In this document: piece after piece, positions 12,797-23,323 of the stretch
How the letters are laid out: the number at the start of each line of letters is the position of its first letter
Position numbering within the stretch: the stretch's first letter is position 1
Origin: Saccostrea echinata
Taxonomy: Eukaryota
Reading direction: 5' to 3'
Assembly: GCF_033153115.1 (NCBI RefSeq)
Contig: NW_026889750.1
Span: 46,066,001 to 46,130,000 of the forward strand
DNA length: 64,000 nt
Position numbers and translations under genes: made by a program
The notes under the pieces: generated by a model
What the model saw: the letters and a program-made list of their open reading frames with translations, nothing else
What the model was told of the DNA's origin: nothing
Databases searched by the model: none

Positions 12797-13238
12797 TACA
12801 GTTTACGGATTAATACATTGCAACATCATTTTTGTGAAATCAATTTCTGATCATTAGAATGATGTAGTTTACTTGTGTAGCAGGTTTTATTAATATTGAA
12901 ATTTGACCATAACTTTACTAGTGTTTCTAAAGAGTTTTCAGAAAGATTTTTGTTTTATGTAATCATGTCAAGATTGTTTGCCAAAATGTAGAACCAATTT
13001 ATAGAAATGCATTTGTTGGCATGGTCTTTCTGTGTGAGAAGCAAGTTTAATTGAATTTGGACCAAAACTGTGGAAGGAGTAGGAATTGAAAAAAAAAATG
13101 CTTGCAGCTAGCTATAGGCAGACAGACAGAAGAATGGCAGACACCTTACTACCGCATAAGCCATAAACTCTTGTGGTCTCTGACTACCAAAGGTTAAATT
13201 TTGCATATTATCTGGAATCTTCGACATTAACCAATCAC

Positions 13239-13480
13239 CTTCTTTTACGTTCTTGTACGACCACTCCGCCGCCTCCTTGCTGCACTACCACAACGTTGGA
13301 CTGTTGAGTAGTAGTTGGGGCTCCATACCCTGGCTGGGAATATCCATATCCAGCTGGGGGATGTCCGTATCCAGGTTGTGGCTGTCCGTATCCAGGCTGT
13401 GGCTGGCCATATCCTGGTTGGGGTGGGCCGTAACCTCCACCGTATGGGGGAGGGGCACCCCCGGGTGGTGGATATGCTGG
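13239..13480 (-). CDS. Second coding exon of the Pro/Gly/Tyr/Gln-rich tail-anchored protein
   Basis: Acceptor ttgtag|. The 242 nt are open: PAYPPPGGAPPPYGGGYGPPQPGYGQPQPGYGQPQPGYGHPPAGYGYSQPGYGAPTTTQQSNVVVVQQGGGGVVVQERKR. Donor ag|gtgatt, phase 2. GC-rich island within AT-rich DNA. Confidence 0.92.
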
Positions 13481-14148
13481 CTACAATTGTAGATTATGTG
13501 TGCATTTTGGAAATACAAGTAAAGTATTTATAATTTTATTGCTAGGAAACAAGTAAAGGTTAAATGTTAGTAAAATTTGGTTAATAAAAAAGACAACCAA
13601 TCATTTCTAATTAGAGAGAAAATTAACCATAAACTGTTAACTTTTAATACACGCTCTGACTTTAAACAATGTGTGACAAAATATAATTCAATACCTTATT
13701 AATGAGAATGCGGATATTTAAAACTTCTTTCTTATTAATATTCGTAGTGTTTGTTTAAGAGACAGATGTTATTCAAAGTAAAAAATAATGATTGTCTATT
13801 TAAATGGCATGGATCATGTACCACAAATTGCAGGACTTTAAATGTCACTCTGTTCAATACCTTTGTTGCGAACCACGGTTAAATACACTTATTTGAACAG
13901 ACCAGATAATTTGACATGCTTCCACATAACGCCATAGAAACAACAAATCTGATACCGACAAGTTACAAGTCCCTGCAGAATAATATAATAGATCGATCCA
14001 AAATCAAATTTTCGATTGTATTCATCTATGTTTGTCGGTTTGATACGAGCTTTTCAAATGAAAGACATATATCAATGATGAATACAAAGAAATAACATTC
14101 TGAAAGGTAGAAATATTGTATATTTATATGAAATTACTAAATACTTAC

Positions 14149-14157
14149 GTTTGACAT
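14149..14157 (-). CDS. Start-codon exon (MSN) of the Pro/Gly/Tyr-rich protein
   Basis: Minus strand aagaagATGTCAAAC|gtaagt: good Kozak context, consensus donor, phase 0. Preceded by a tandem acceptor cagtag at 14180-14175. Confidence 0.8.
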
Positions 14158-14329
14158 CTTCTTTACACGATTTTCTACTGCAATGAATAATCGGTATCCT
14201 TTACTTATCTTTTCATATTATAAGTACAATCCGACAAATTCTCTTTATTGATTAAAATGTAGCGTTTTCTACCTTATTTTAACATTATATTGACAAAATG
14301 TTGGAAAGATTACAAATAAACATAATTAC

Positions 14330-14415
14330 CTTAGCCGGTGCTAGGAATTTTAAACGACAAATGGCGGATGTTTATGTCTAAATGCGCAAAGGAATTTAAA
14401 TACCCCCTGACGTCA
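14330..14415 (-). promoter_or_regulatory. Putative core promoter and non-coding first exon of the minus-strand gene
   Basis: Palindromic CRE TGACGTCA at 14408-14415. TATTTAAA (minus) at ~14402-14395. YY1-type CCGCCATTTG (minus) at 14367-14358. Donor aag|gtaatt at 14330/14329. Confidence 0.6.
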
Positions 14416-15097
14416 TGAAACTGTGGTCAATCCATGTACTAGTTATTTTTAACTTCCGCCTTCATTTAATTCTAGTTAATTATTTTCAAGAATGCCGAAA
14501 TTTGAAAAACTGTTGTCAACTGAACACAGATAATGCACCTTGTCATCTCTTTATTTTTTTTTCTAAAATTGATTTATTCCGATATAATTTAATTTTGATT
14601 CTAATTTTTTAGTGTCAAACTTAATATTTATTTCTTAATATTATCTTGTCAAAAAATGTATTGTTCCAAGGTATGTCGTATTCTAAAAAAATATCTATAT
14701 ATCTCACCTTTGGGCTAAGATCCTTACCATTCGTTTTAGATAGAAATCTAATTGGATCTGATTAATTAAAAATTAACTTTATTGTTATTTAAATCTTGGA
14801 TACTTTAAACAAGGTATATGCAAGAGAAAGTTTTCTTCTATATTCAAGGTTTTTAGTAAACATTTTAACCTTTTCTACAACCGATTTCAACCATAACAGT
14901 ATCAAAGGCTAGAGAGGAACAGAAATTGTATTTCATGATCTTTGCCTCCCTGGGGCCAAAAACCATCCAATTGAATGCAATCTTCAAATATCTTCTTTAT
15001 CCCCGGATATCGAGAGTCTAAATGATAGCATAATTATACATTGTAATAAAAAATAAGTCCTCTATTAAAATTTGAAACTCATGGCCCCCAAGCTACA

Positions 15098-15830
15098 TGT
15101 ATGTTGTAGTTCCAGCAAACAAAGCTGGTAACAATATTGGTTTTTTAAAGGCTCATTATTATAACTGAATTTTGGTTTTAATTCTACGCCTAGAAATCCA
15201 ACTTACACTTACGTCTAACAGTTCACTTTCTAAGGATGATATTTTTTTTAGAATTACATTTCAGTGCTTAATACTTTGAATACAAATTTAAAAATCACTC
15301 TAACTCCACATACAAGTACTCCAAATTGATATGAAAAGAAAGCTGGAATTCCTAATTTACAACATTAATATAGTTTTTGGAGACCAGGTCTTCCAACAAA
15401 CTGTTGGAATACCGATGGACACTAATTGTACTTCCTTATAAGCCATCCTGTTTTTATATTTCTATGAAGGGAATTTATTCAGAACTTCTACATGAGACAC
15501 TTGCTTTGGCCCTCCACCTCGAAATTCAGATAAATTGACAACGCTTTTTCAATTAACAATATTTTTTTTCCATTCAAATGTCAACTCGATATACCCAAAT
15601 GAACTCGAAATAAAAAGCACCACAAAGTCTGCCACATCTCTTTCACATTGGGTGTTTTACTGACTATAGACGATAAATACAAACTAACAAGTAAATCGTA
15701 TGACAAACGAGATGACTTCAGCTTTTTTCCGCTGTTTACTTTTCTTTTTTCTTTTTGTAGTAATATCCTCTGCATCACCTGCATGTAGGGTTTACGCCTC
15801 TCAGCTTATTCGATAATCAAGGTCATGCCC
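15098..15830 (+). mobile_element. Decayed Penelope-like (Naiad-type) RT fragment
   Basis: Relics of YVVVPADKAGNNI, QQTVGIPMGTNC, RYIDD and YDKRDDF, with frameshifts. Confidence 0.8.
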
Positions 15831-15844
15831 TTCTTATAAAGTCA

Positions 15845-16860
15845 AAAACATGCATTCAAGCAATTGGATTTGTATCAAGATACTTCTTAATTTCAAGATC
15901 AGCAAGACAAGGCTGTCCTATTGCTCCTTTGCTTTATGTTCTTCAAATAGAGCCTATGGATTGTGCAATCAGACAAAATCAACAGATGTAGGGCATCTTA
16001 ATTCCTAGTAAAGATGAACATATAGAGTGTAAAATAAATATGCTTGCCGACCGCACATAGCTATTTAATAAAGATGAAGAATCTATAATAAATTCTTTCA
16101 ATGTTTTAGAAGTATATAAAAAGACTTCAGGGGCAAAAATTAATTTTTCAAAAACAAAGGGTCTGTTTATTGGAAAATCAAAGGGTAAAACACCAAAATT
16201 TGAAAAGATTCAATGGATAAAATCAAATATTAATAAAAACTTTTGGGGTATATCATGCATATGGAATTGACACGGAAGCAATATAAATGGAAAAAAATAT
16301 TATCAGTTTGCATATTTGGAAAACTATAAACCTCACAATTAAAGTGAAAACTTTGATCATAAAGAATTGAATAATTCCAATCACTGGTTATGAAATTGAA
16401 ATGAGAGGAAACAAATAAATGGTAGTATTTGGTCTTTTATTTTGGATAATAAATTAAATAAAATAGACAGAAATATGTGCTGTTAAAGCAAGAATGATGG
16501 AGAAATGAACATGATAAATATCTTTAATTTAAATAATAATAATAATAAATAAATAAACAATTTAAAACGATTTATAGAATAATGCATTCAAAATCAGAAA
16601 CTTGGAATGCTATTGGTACATTGTAAACACTGATAAAAAAAGTAAAGATATACGTCCAAGACAGGTATATTTGTTTTGCTTTTGTTCTGACCAGTCTCAG
16701 TTTTCTTTGAATATGTATAACTATTATATAAATAAAAGTATATTGCATTTAGTGAATTCCAGTCAAAATTTGAGCATGTAAATCGAGATGAAATACTCAA
16801 CCTTCAATTGTTTGGAAATAAATTAAAACAATTTTCAAGGGAAGTCACTCTATGTGGATC
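15845..16860 (+). mobile_element. L1/Tx1-type LINE ORF2 RT relic
   Basis: RQGCPIAPLLYVLQIEPM..AIRQN; KINM(F)AD; YKKTSGAKINFSKTKGLFIG; multiple stops. Confidence 0.75.
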
Positions 16861-16870
16861 ATTTATTTAA

Positions 16871-17096
16871 ATGAAATATGGAGATAACGAACAGTACTCA
16901 AGCTCAAAGTCCATTAAAGCAATACAAATTTTTAGCAGAGCAAACACGAACCTCTAAAAACAGGTGGGATCAGGTGCCATGGAGGAGTGAGCATTCCCTG
17001 CCGACCGGTCACACCCGCCGTGTGCTCCTTGTCATGATCGGTAAATAACGGAAAAATCCGTCGACAATTCAGTGTGTAAATAATGGCCTAACAATT
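16871..17096 (-). mobile_element. Naiad-like PLE 3' end / pseudo-LTR (copy A)
   Basis: Near-identical to 19151-19380, 45273-45500 and the reverse complement of 48280-48512. Confidence 0.85.
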
Positions 17097-17289
17097 GTTT
17101 TTTTTTTAAATTAAAGACATTTGGAATGATGAAGGTAATTATTTAATTTAATACAGTAGCATTATATGTAAAAACCAAAGGGAAAGTCAACAACATCTAT
17201 TTTTCCATGATGACCGTAGAATGGTTAAACCAACCTTCAGGTGCAAAAGGTCTATCAAAAGCTGGGGTTCTCGATTTTATCTGAAAAAA

Positions 17290-18350
17290 ATGCTGCATCT
17301 GAATGTTGCATATCACAAAAAGAAAATTGGGCGACTGGAAGCATGTGTACCACAGTCTACAATTGCAATTGCAAGAGATTTTGATGTTGCACAAAGCACT
17401 ATATCTAACCTATAAAACATATACCAACAGCATGGTACAACAAATGATCGCCAAAAACATGGCAGACCACGCGTGACATCAGCAGCACAGGAGCGCTTCA
17501 TTGGTGTGCGTAATTTTCATAAACGTTTCACAATGACGTTATCTATTGCATTAGCTATCCCTGAATTGCACAGAATGTCTAACAAGATCGTTTGCAATTG
17601 ACTACAGAATGCTAGAATTATTGCCAGAGGACTAATTCATGGCGTTGTTCTGACCCCACAAGACTGCAGATATCGACTTCAAAGGTCACAGACCAACAGA
17701 GTATGACCACAACAACACCGCTGAACAGTTTGGTTTAGCTAATAGTCCAAAATATTTATAGTAAAGCCTGATGTTAGTGTCAGAGTGCATAGGCTTCGTA
17801 AGTAACGTTTTACAAAAGCTTCCTCCGGAAGGTTGATAAATTTGGTGGTGGTGTAATGATATGGAAAAAACGATATAACATACAAGTAGGGCTGATTTGG
17901 TTCATATTCAAAGGACTTTGATGGAAAACTGTGCTCTCATACTTGTAAACCCACAGCAACCTGTTTCTGCCATGACCATCTTAATCGCGAGGTTTAAACC
18001 CAATTTAGCATGCATTGGACAAAATGGATAGGCATGATTTGTCAAAGACAATTGCAACCCCAAACTCTGCAACACCTGACCAAAAGCTCTACATTTAGAG
18101 TGGGATAGTATATTAATGCACCCATTTGCCTATTAGGCTACCATTTGTGTCTGTGGGGGCATACCAGATATTGATATTAAATGACCTTGAACTGTCTATG
18201 ATTTTAACATTCTTGAGTAATTATGACATTTAGATCGTAGAGCTATTATTAACCACATTTCTATATTATCAATACATCATTTTACTAAATAATCTTTATG
18301 TTCAATGTGGCATTAAAATTTTACTTTGCGTTTCTTTTTTGAAGAGTATA
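17290..18350 (+). mobile_element. Tc1-type transposon relic
   Basis: HTH region IGRLEA..PQSTIA.RDFDVAQSTISNL...GRPRVTSAAQERFI; a GGGVMIW-like motif near 17845; right TIR ttgcgtttctttttgaagag|ta. Confidence 0.8.
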
Positions 18351-18351
18351 C

Positions 18352-20292
18352 ATGTGTTTGCTAACTCACCAGAGGAGCGCTATAGAATATGCTTGACGCG
18401 TTACATGGATAAGTTATCTCGTGGAATTTGACTGTTAACATCGCAAAATCCAACATTTTAGGATTCAGAATAGGAGGATGCGTTAATTTTTCATGGACAT
18501 AATACAATGAAATTTTGGAACTTATTGATTCCTTTAATTACATAGGATTATGTTTAAATTACAACGGTAAATTCAATGTTACGCAAAAGAAGCTAGCTGA
18601 CCAAGGTCAAAAAGCACTATTTAGTATAAACCGCAATATTCAAGAAATTTGATTGATTGTTTATTGTTTAACGCCGAGTCGGCAATATTTCAGCCATTCT
18701 TCGGCGGAAAGTTAAGTTTATTTGACTGGTATTTGAATTCAAACGGTAAAACCCGGTGTCAACTATTTGATAAATATGTTGGAAGTGCTATTTCTTATGG
18801 AAGCGAAAATTGGGGTTTCCATAAAATCTCCTGAAATGGAAAGATTGCATTTATTTTTATGTAAAAATACTCTTGGTGTTACGCGCAATGTATGCAATTA
18901 CATGATCTATAGAGAATTTGGTCGATATTCACTTATTATACAACGAAAACTAAAATCATGAAATTCTGGTGTAAATGGCTAAACACAAAAAAATTGCACC
19001 TACTAAAATCTTACGAATGCCTGCGATACGATGCAGAGAAGTCGGGAACTAGTTTAAACTGGGCGCGTGACGTAAAGCTTGAACTACTTAGAGTGGGTTT
19101 CGGAGAATTGGGGATGAAACAGCAAGTTATAAACTTTGCTCATTTTATGCATGAAATATATGGAGATAACGAACAGTATTCAAGCTCAAAAGTCCATTAA
19201 TCAATACAAAATAGGAGCAGAGCAAACACGGACCTCCAAACATCAGAGGTGGGATCAGGTGCCATGGAGGAGTGAGCATCCCCTGCCGACCGGTCACACG
19301 CGCCGTGTGCTCCTTGTCATAATCGGGAAATAACGGAAAAATCCGTCGACAATTCAGTGTGTAAATAATGGCCTAACAATAAGTGTGAAAAACGTCAGTC
19401 AGCATTTGACTCAATGATAAATTGTGTTTGCTGACAAGGTCATTGTATCGACCATAGAACTTACGAAATGATGACTTTAAACGAGATAGCTGATATTCTT
19501 GTTTCATCAACTTATTTGTCAATAATTTACCTCGTTTTAGAAATTGTACATACGTAGAGCATGCTCTTGCGTATCGAATCAACTGAGAGATATATACCCC
19601 GTATGCAGGTGATGAAGGTATATTGCTGCATAAGTAAGGGAAGTTGACGATTGAAAAGTTAAAGTCATCACGCATGTGTATAAAAATAGAATCCTAGATA
19701 TATATCTCCAAGAGTGCAATGCATTTGTGGATAATTCAACAAAATGGTTTTTATATAAACACGTATTGTCCAATTTGAACTCTGTGAAATGCAACCCAAT
19801 TTAATAAAACTTTTTCAGAGTAATTTAAAAAAGCATATTTCCTGCGTTAAACTTTCGTCACATAATTTAAATATCGAATACGGAAGGTACCAAAGCAGGG
19901 AGGATAAATTATGCGATGTATGCGATACTCCACAAATTGAAGACGAATTTCATTTCATTTTTCAACCCTAGATATCTAAATTTAATAATAAAAAAATTAA
20001 TAAATGAATATAATTAAATTACAAATCGCCAAGTGCATTTAAATTCAGTAGGTCAATCTTACAGACCATCGTTACGTAATATACACATGTAAGAGCATGT
20101 TGGATAAATTTCCCTCAGTCAAATAGGGTAGATATGCGATGTGAACCCAATAACTGAAGTAATTTAAATGTACTTGGCGAAATGTAATAGACAAATGTCT
20201 ATTTGTACAAGGTTAATTTTCAGATGTTTATATACATGTATTACTTTTATATATATTATGTGTACAAGGTTACATGAACCGTTGAACCAATT
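18352..20292 (+). mobile_element. Non-LTR retrotransposon 3' part (RTE-X-like), interrupted by a SINE tail (18648-18708) and a PLE (19151-19672)
   Basis: WNLTVNIAKS; LFDKYVGSAISYGSENWGF...ERLHLFLCKNTLGV...YREFGRYSL; C-terminal SSHNLNIEYGRY...LCDVCD..IEDEFHF. Clade assignment is from motif recollection. Confidence 0.75.
19151..19672 (-). mobile_element. 5'-truncated Naiad-like Penelope element (RT C-terminus plus pseudo-LTR, copy B)
   Basis: ORF 19373..19675 RDDFNFSIVNFPYLCSNIPSSPAYGVYISQLIRYARAC...KFYGRY ends the protein with no C-terminal endonuclease. Flanked by a GCATG duplication. Confidence 0.85.
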
Positions 20293-21170
20293 TCGGCATA
20301 TAGCACCAGTTGGTAGCGGGTTACAACAATTAAGAATTTCATGGCCCTGCCCCCCCCCCTCCAGGGGGTTCTTAGGGGCCCTCCAGGGGGGTCTTAGGAG
20401 TGGATTTTAAATCCATCAGAATTAGTGCCATCTTTAAAAATCTTAGAGGGGAATGCAGTTGGCATCTAATAGCTCTTAAACACTTTTGTATAGCCAGAAT
20501 GCATATGGTGATAGTGACAAATGAAGGTATAGACAAGTAAATAGATCCGCTTTAACATTTCTTACTGAATACTAGACTAATTATTTTGTTGATCCCCGAT
20601 CATCTGATTTCTCTTGCTTTTGAGCGACATAACTTCGATCAATTATCAGTTTATCTATTATTTCATACTTCTGTAGATCCTTTACAATGTTGTATTATAT
20701 TCTTGGTCTAATTAATGCCTCAGCTGCCTTAGACTTTAGGCTGCTTCGTACATCATTTTAGATCCTGTTTTAAGCAAGAATTGTCCTTTCACATGCAGCA
20801 CTGGTTAGAAGAATTATCAGATAAACTAAGTGCAAGACAACCCGAAATAAAAATAACTTTTGATCAAATACCTGTTTATAATTTGGTTAAAATCAATGTA
20901 TATTTTTTGTGAAACATGAAAAAAGTCACATAAGGACCCTTGGTCATCAATAACACATATTTAATACGTTGAAATTTTGTCCTTGAACCCTTTGCAACCG
21001 AAACCTTTAAGACTCTCCAATTATTGATAATATCTGCACATATTCAATTATTTCTGAAAAGACAGAATAAAAATATGTGTTGCTTGTCTACATCATCAAA
21101 AAGAGTCAACTTTTAAGAAAACCTGTTGTAAAATGTTGAATTTAAGCAAGTGTGTTATTGATAGTCGAAT

Positions 21171-21343
21171 CATGACAAGGAGTACATGTAGGGTCTGACC
21201 GGTTGGCAAGGGATCCTCACTCCTCCATGACTTCTGATCCCGCCTCTGATATTTTAGAGGTCCGTGTTTGCTCTGCTCCTGATTTGTATTGTTTGAATGG
21301 ATTTTTGAGCTTGAATACTGTTCGTCATCCCCATATATTTCAT
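21171..21343 (+). mobile_element. Naiad-like PLE 3' pseudo-LTR (copy C)
   Basis: Diverged sense-strand copy ending ...ccatatatttcat. Confidence 0.8.
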
Positions 21344-21726
21344 CTTGAAAAATAAGATGCTACTTTTTTGGTACTTGTTAAGATTAAATTGATTAAAAAC
21401 ATACACTCTGAAAAAATTGCTGTCCAAAAATACAAAATATTTCAGGAATGGATGTAAACATGTAATACCAGATTGTCAGCAGTTAAACCAATTACATGTA
21501 CCTTTGTAAAAAAAAAAATTAAGATATCAACCAAACACAGTATCTCTTCATCTTAATAATGTGCAAGATCTTTTGAATTTTGCAAGTTTTTGTATCTGTC
21601 CCTTATGCCTCTAGTGAGAGACGCAATTGCATTCACACTTTTCTTTCTGAAACAAAGTTTTTTTATCGTTGAGTTTGACTTTCATTTCAGAAAAATTTAG
21701 CTACCATACGGGGGCATTAGTGTTTG

Positions 21727-21857
21727 AAGGTTAACAAGTTCAATGGGAAATGAACTTGGTTTTTACGTGATCAAATCTACCGAGAAGGCCTTCGGGCTTT
21801 ACAAATTTGATCACGTGACCAACCAAGATCGTCTTCCGGTGAATTTTTTAACCTTGT
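21727..21857. mobile_element. Short palindromic non-autonomous element (Crypton/MITE-like)
   Basis: aaggttaa...acgtgatcaaat...ccgagaaggccttcgg...atttgatcacgt...ttaacctt forms one long imperfect hairpin. Confidence 0.5.
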
Positions 21858-23159
21858 TTTTTATTTCTTAACATTCTTAACCGACTCATTAGCTTACCTA
21901 TTTACATGTAGTAGCATTTCAACTATCCCATAAGGAACTTGATCTCATTCATTGTCAATGAGATAAACTCGATTATCTGGCCATTTGACGTAAGAAAATA
22001 CTGAGGTACATCTTACAGCCTTTGCAGTATCCTCAGGACATCTAGCAATAATTTGAAACTATTTAAAAACAAATAGTATAATAGCAAATCTTGCACTATT
22101 CACTGATCTTCGAAAACTAATGGACAAAAGTATCAAAGTTTAAGTCACCTGTATTAATTTCAAAATTGTTAATTTTCAATCCATGAATGAAATATGGAGA
22201 TAGCAATTCAAGCTCAAACTGAGACCTAGTTCTGAAACGGGTCAGCCATGAAGTGACAGAATATCAAAAACTCTTATTTCTGCACTTTTGTCACAGTATT
22301 TCTTGTCTTGTCTTTTATGTCACCGTTAGATTATGTGCATGTGGCTACTGAATGTTCCATATGTTGAAAGATAATGCCATACTGACCTGCAGTATTTCTC
22401 TGGTCAGCAGAAGGTTTCAGCAAATCTTCAATGCTCGTAAGCTATGAGGGGACCATCTGGTTCCTCTTATTCGTGATCGGGCTCCGACACCCCTAATTCT
22501 TTTGTAATACTCTTCAGCTCAGCTCTCATCTATTCTTTGGACTCTAATGGTATGTTTAGCATAATAGATGCAAGGTGTCCATAATGATTGTTGCAAAGAA
22601 CAAGGTTCGGTAGTCAATGTTTGGCGGCCCTGTCTAATATCAAAATACAAACGGAACTCATTCTGTTTGATATATTCATAAATATATAGCCTAGGAACCG
22701 CAGTTAATTTTTTTATAAATACATTGGCAGATCTGGACATTGTAAGGAAGGAATGTATCATCCAAACCGAACATAAATCCGGGAATTGTGTGAAATTACG
22801 TAAAATATCAACAAGAAGTGTTAAATTTTGATGTGGCCGCATGGATCGACCAAAATAAAAATATTAAAATGCGAATATAATTCAAAAGTCACATGAAAAA
22901 ATGATTTTTATCTTGGTCGAGGACTGCGGCCCATGTGTAATTTTGAAAAAAAAAACCGTTGCTTTTGTCGTCTGCTTCTCGTCACGAAAGAGGGAAATGG
23001 TGCAAAGAAACTTGTACTGTATAAGCCTAGCTAATACTCAGCAATACGTTATTTTGGAGATAATTAAAACAGTACAGGTACGTATAATTTCCCAATACAT
23101 CTGATATGAAAAAGTTGATTTAATTACGGGAAATTCTTGAGGTATATTTATTTAGATCC

Positions 23160-23323
23160 CAGTGGTGGATCCAGGAATCTTGAAAAAGGGGGTGGGCGAC
23201 CAGTCTGGGGTCGGTGTAGGGGCCCACGGCCACACCAAAAAAATTGATTTATTGAATTTTATGTATAATTTGGACATAAAAGGGGGGAGCGGGCCCCCTG
23301 GTCCCCCTCTAAATCCGTCAGTG
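23160..23323. mobile_element. Small MITE of the CAGTGGCGGATCCAG type
   Basis: Termini cagtggtggatccag / ctaaatccgtcagtg with a G/C-run interior. Related relics near 10015-10120 and 44668-45018. Confidence 0.6.

Larger units (their letters stand above)
20600..22480 (-). mobile_element. hAT transposase relic(s)
   Basis: Minus-strand fragments TRWSPHSLRAL...QYGIIFQHMEH (~22350-22470), KWPDNRV (~21980), and a dimerisation-domain-like LTSAACERT...NRI*NDVRSSL (~20700-20830). May be more than one element. Confidence 0.55.

Noticed and set aside
13253-13533. Three ORF-track ORFs over the GC-rich island
   Set aside because: Wrong strand or frame; the real exon is the PAYPPP frame bounded by splice sites.
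19300-19380. SECIS element in the PLE 3' region (some Naiads encode selenoproteins)
   Set aside because: No convincing AUGA/GA quartet with an apical AA loop by eye, and no in-frame UGA in the intact C-terminal ORF.
22519-22842. 107-aa minus-strand ORF
   Set aside because: No recognisable motifs or splice context; adjacent to TE relics and likely a chance ORF.
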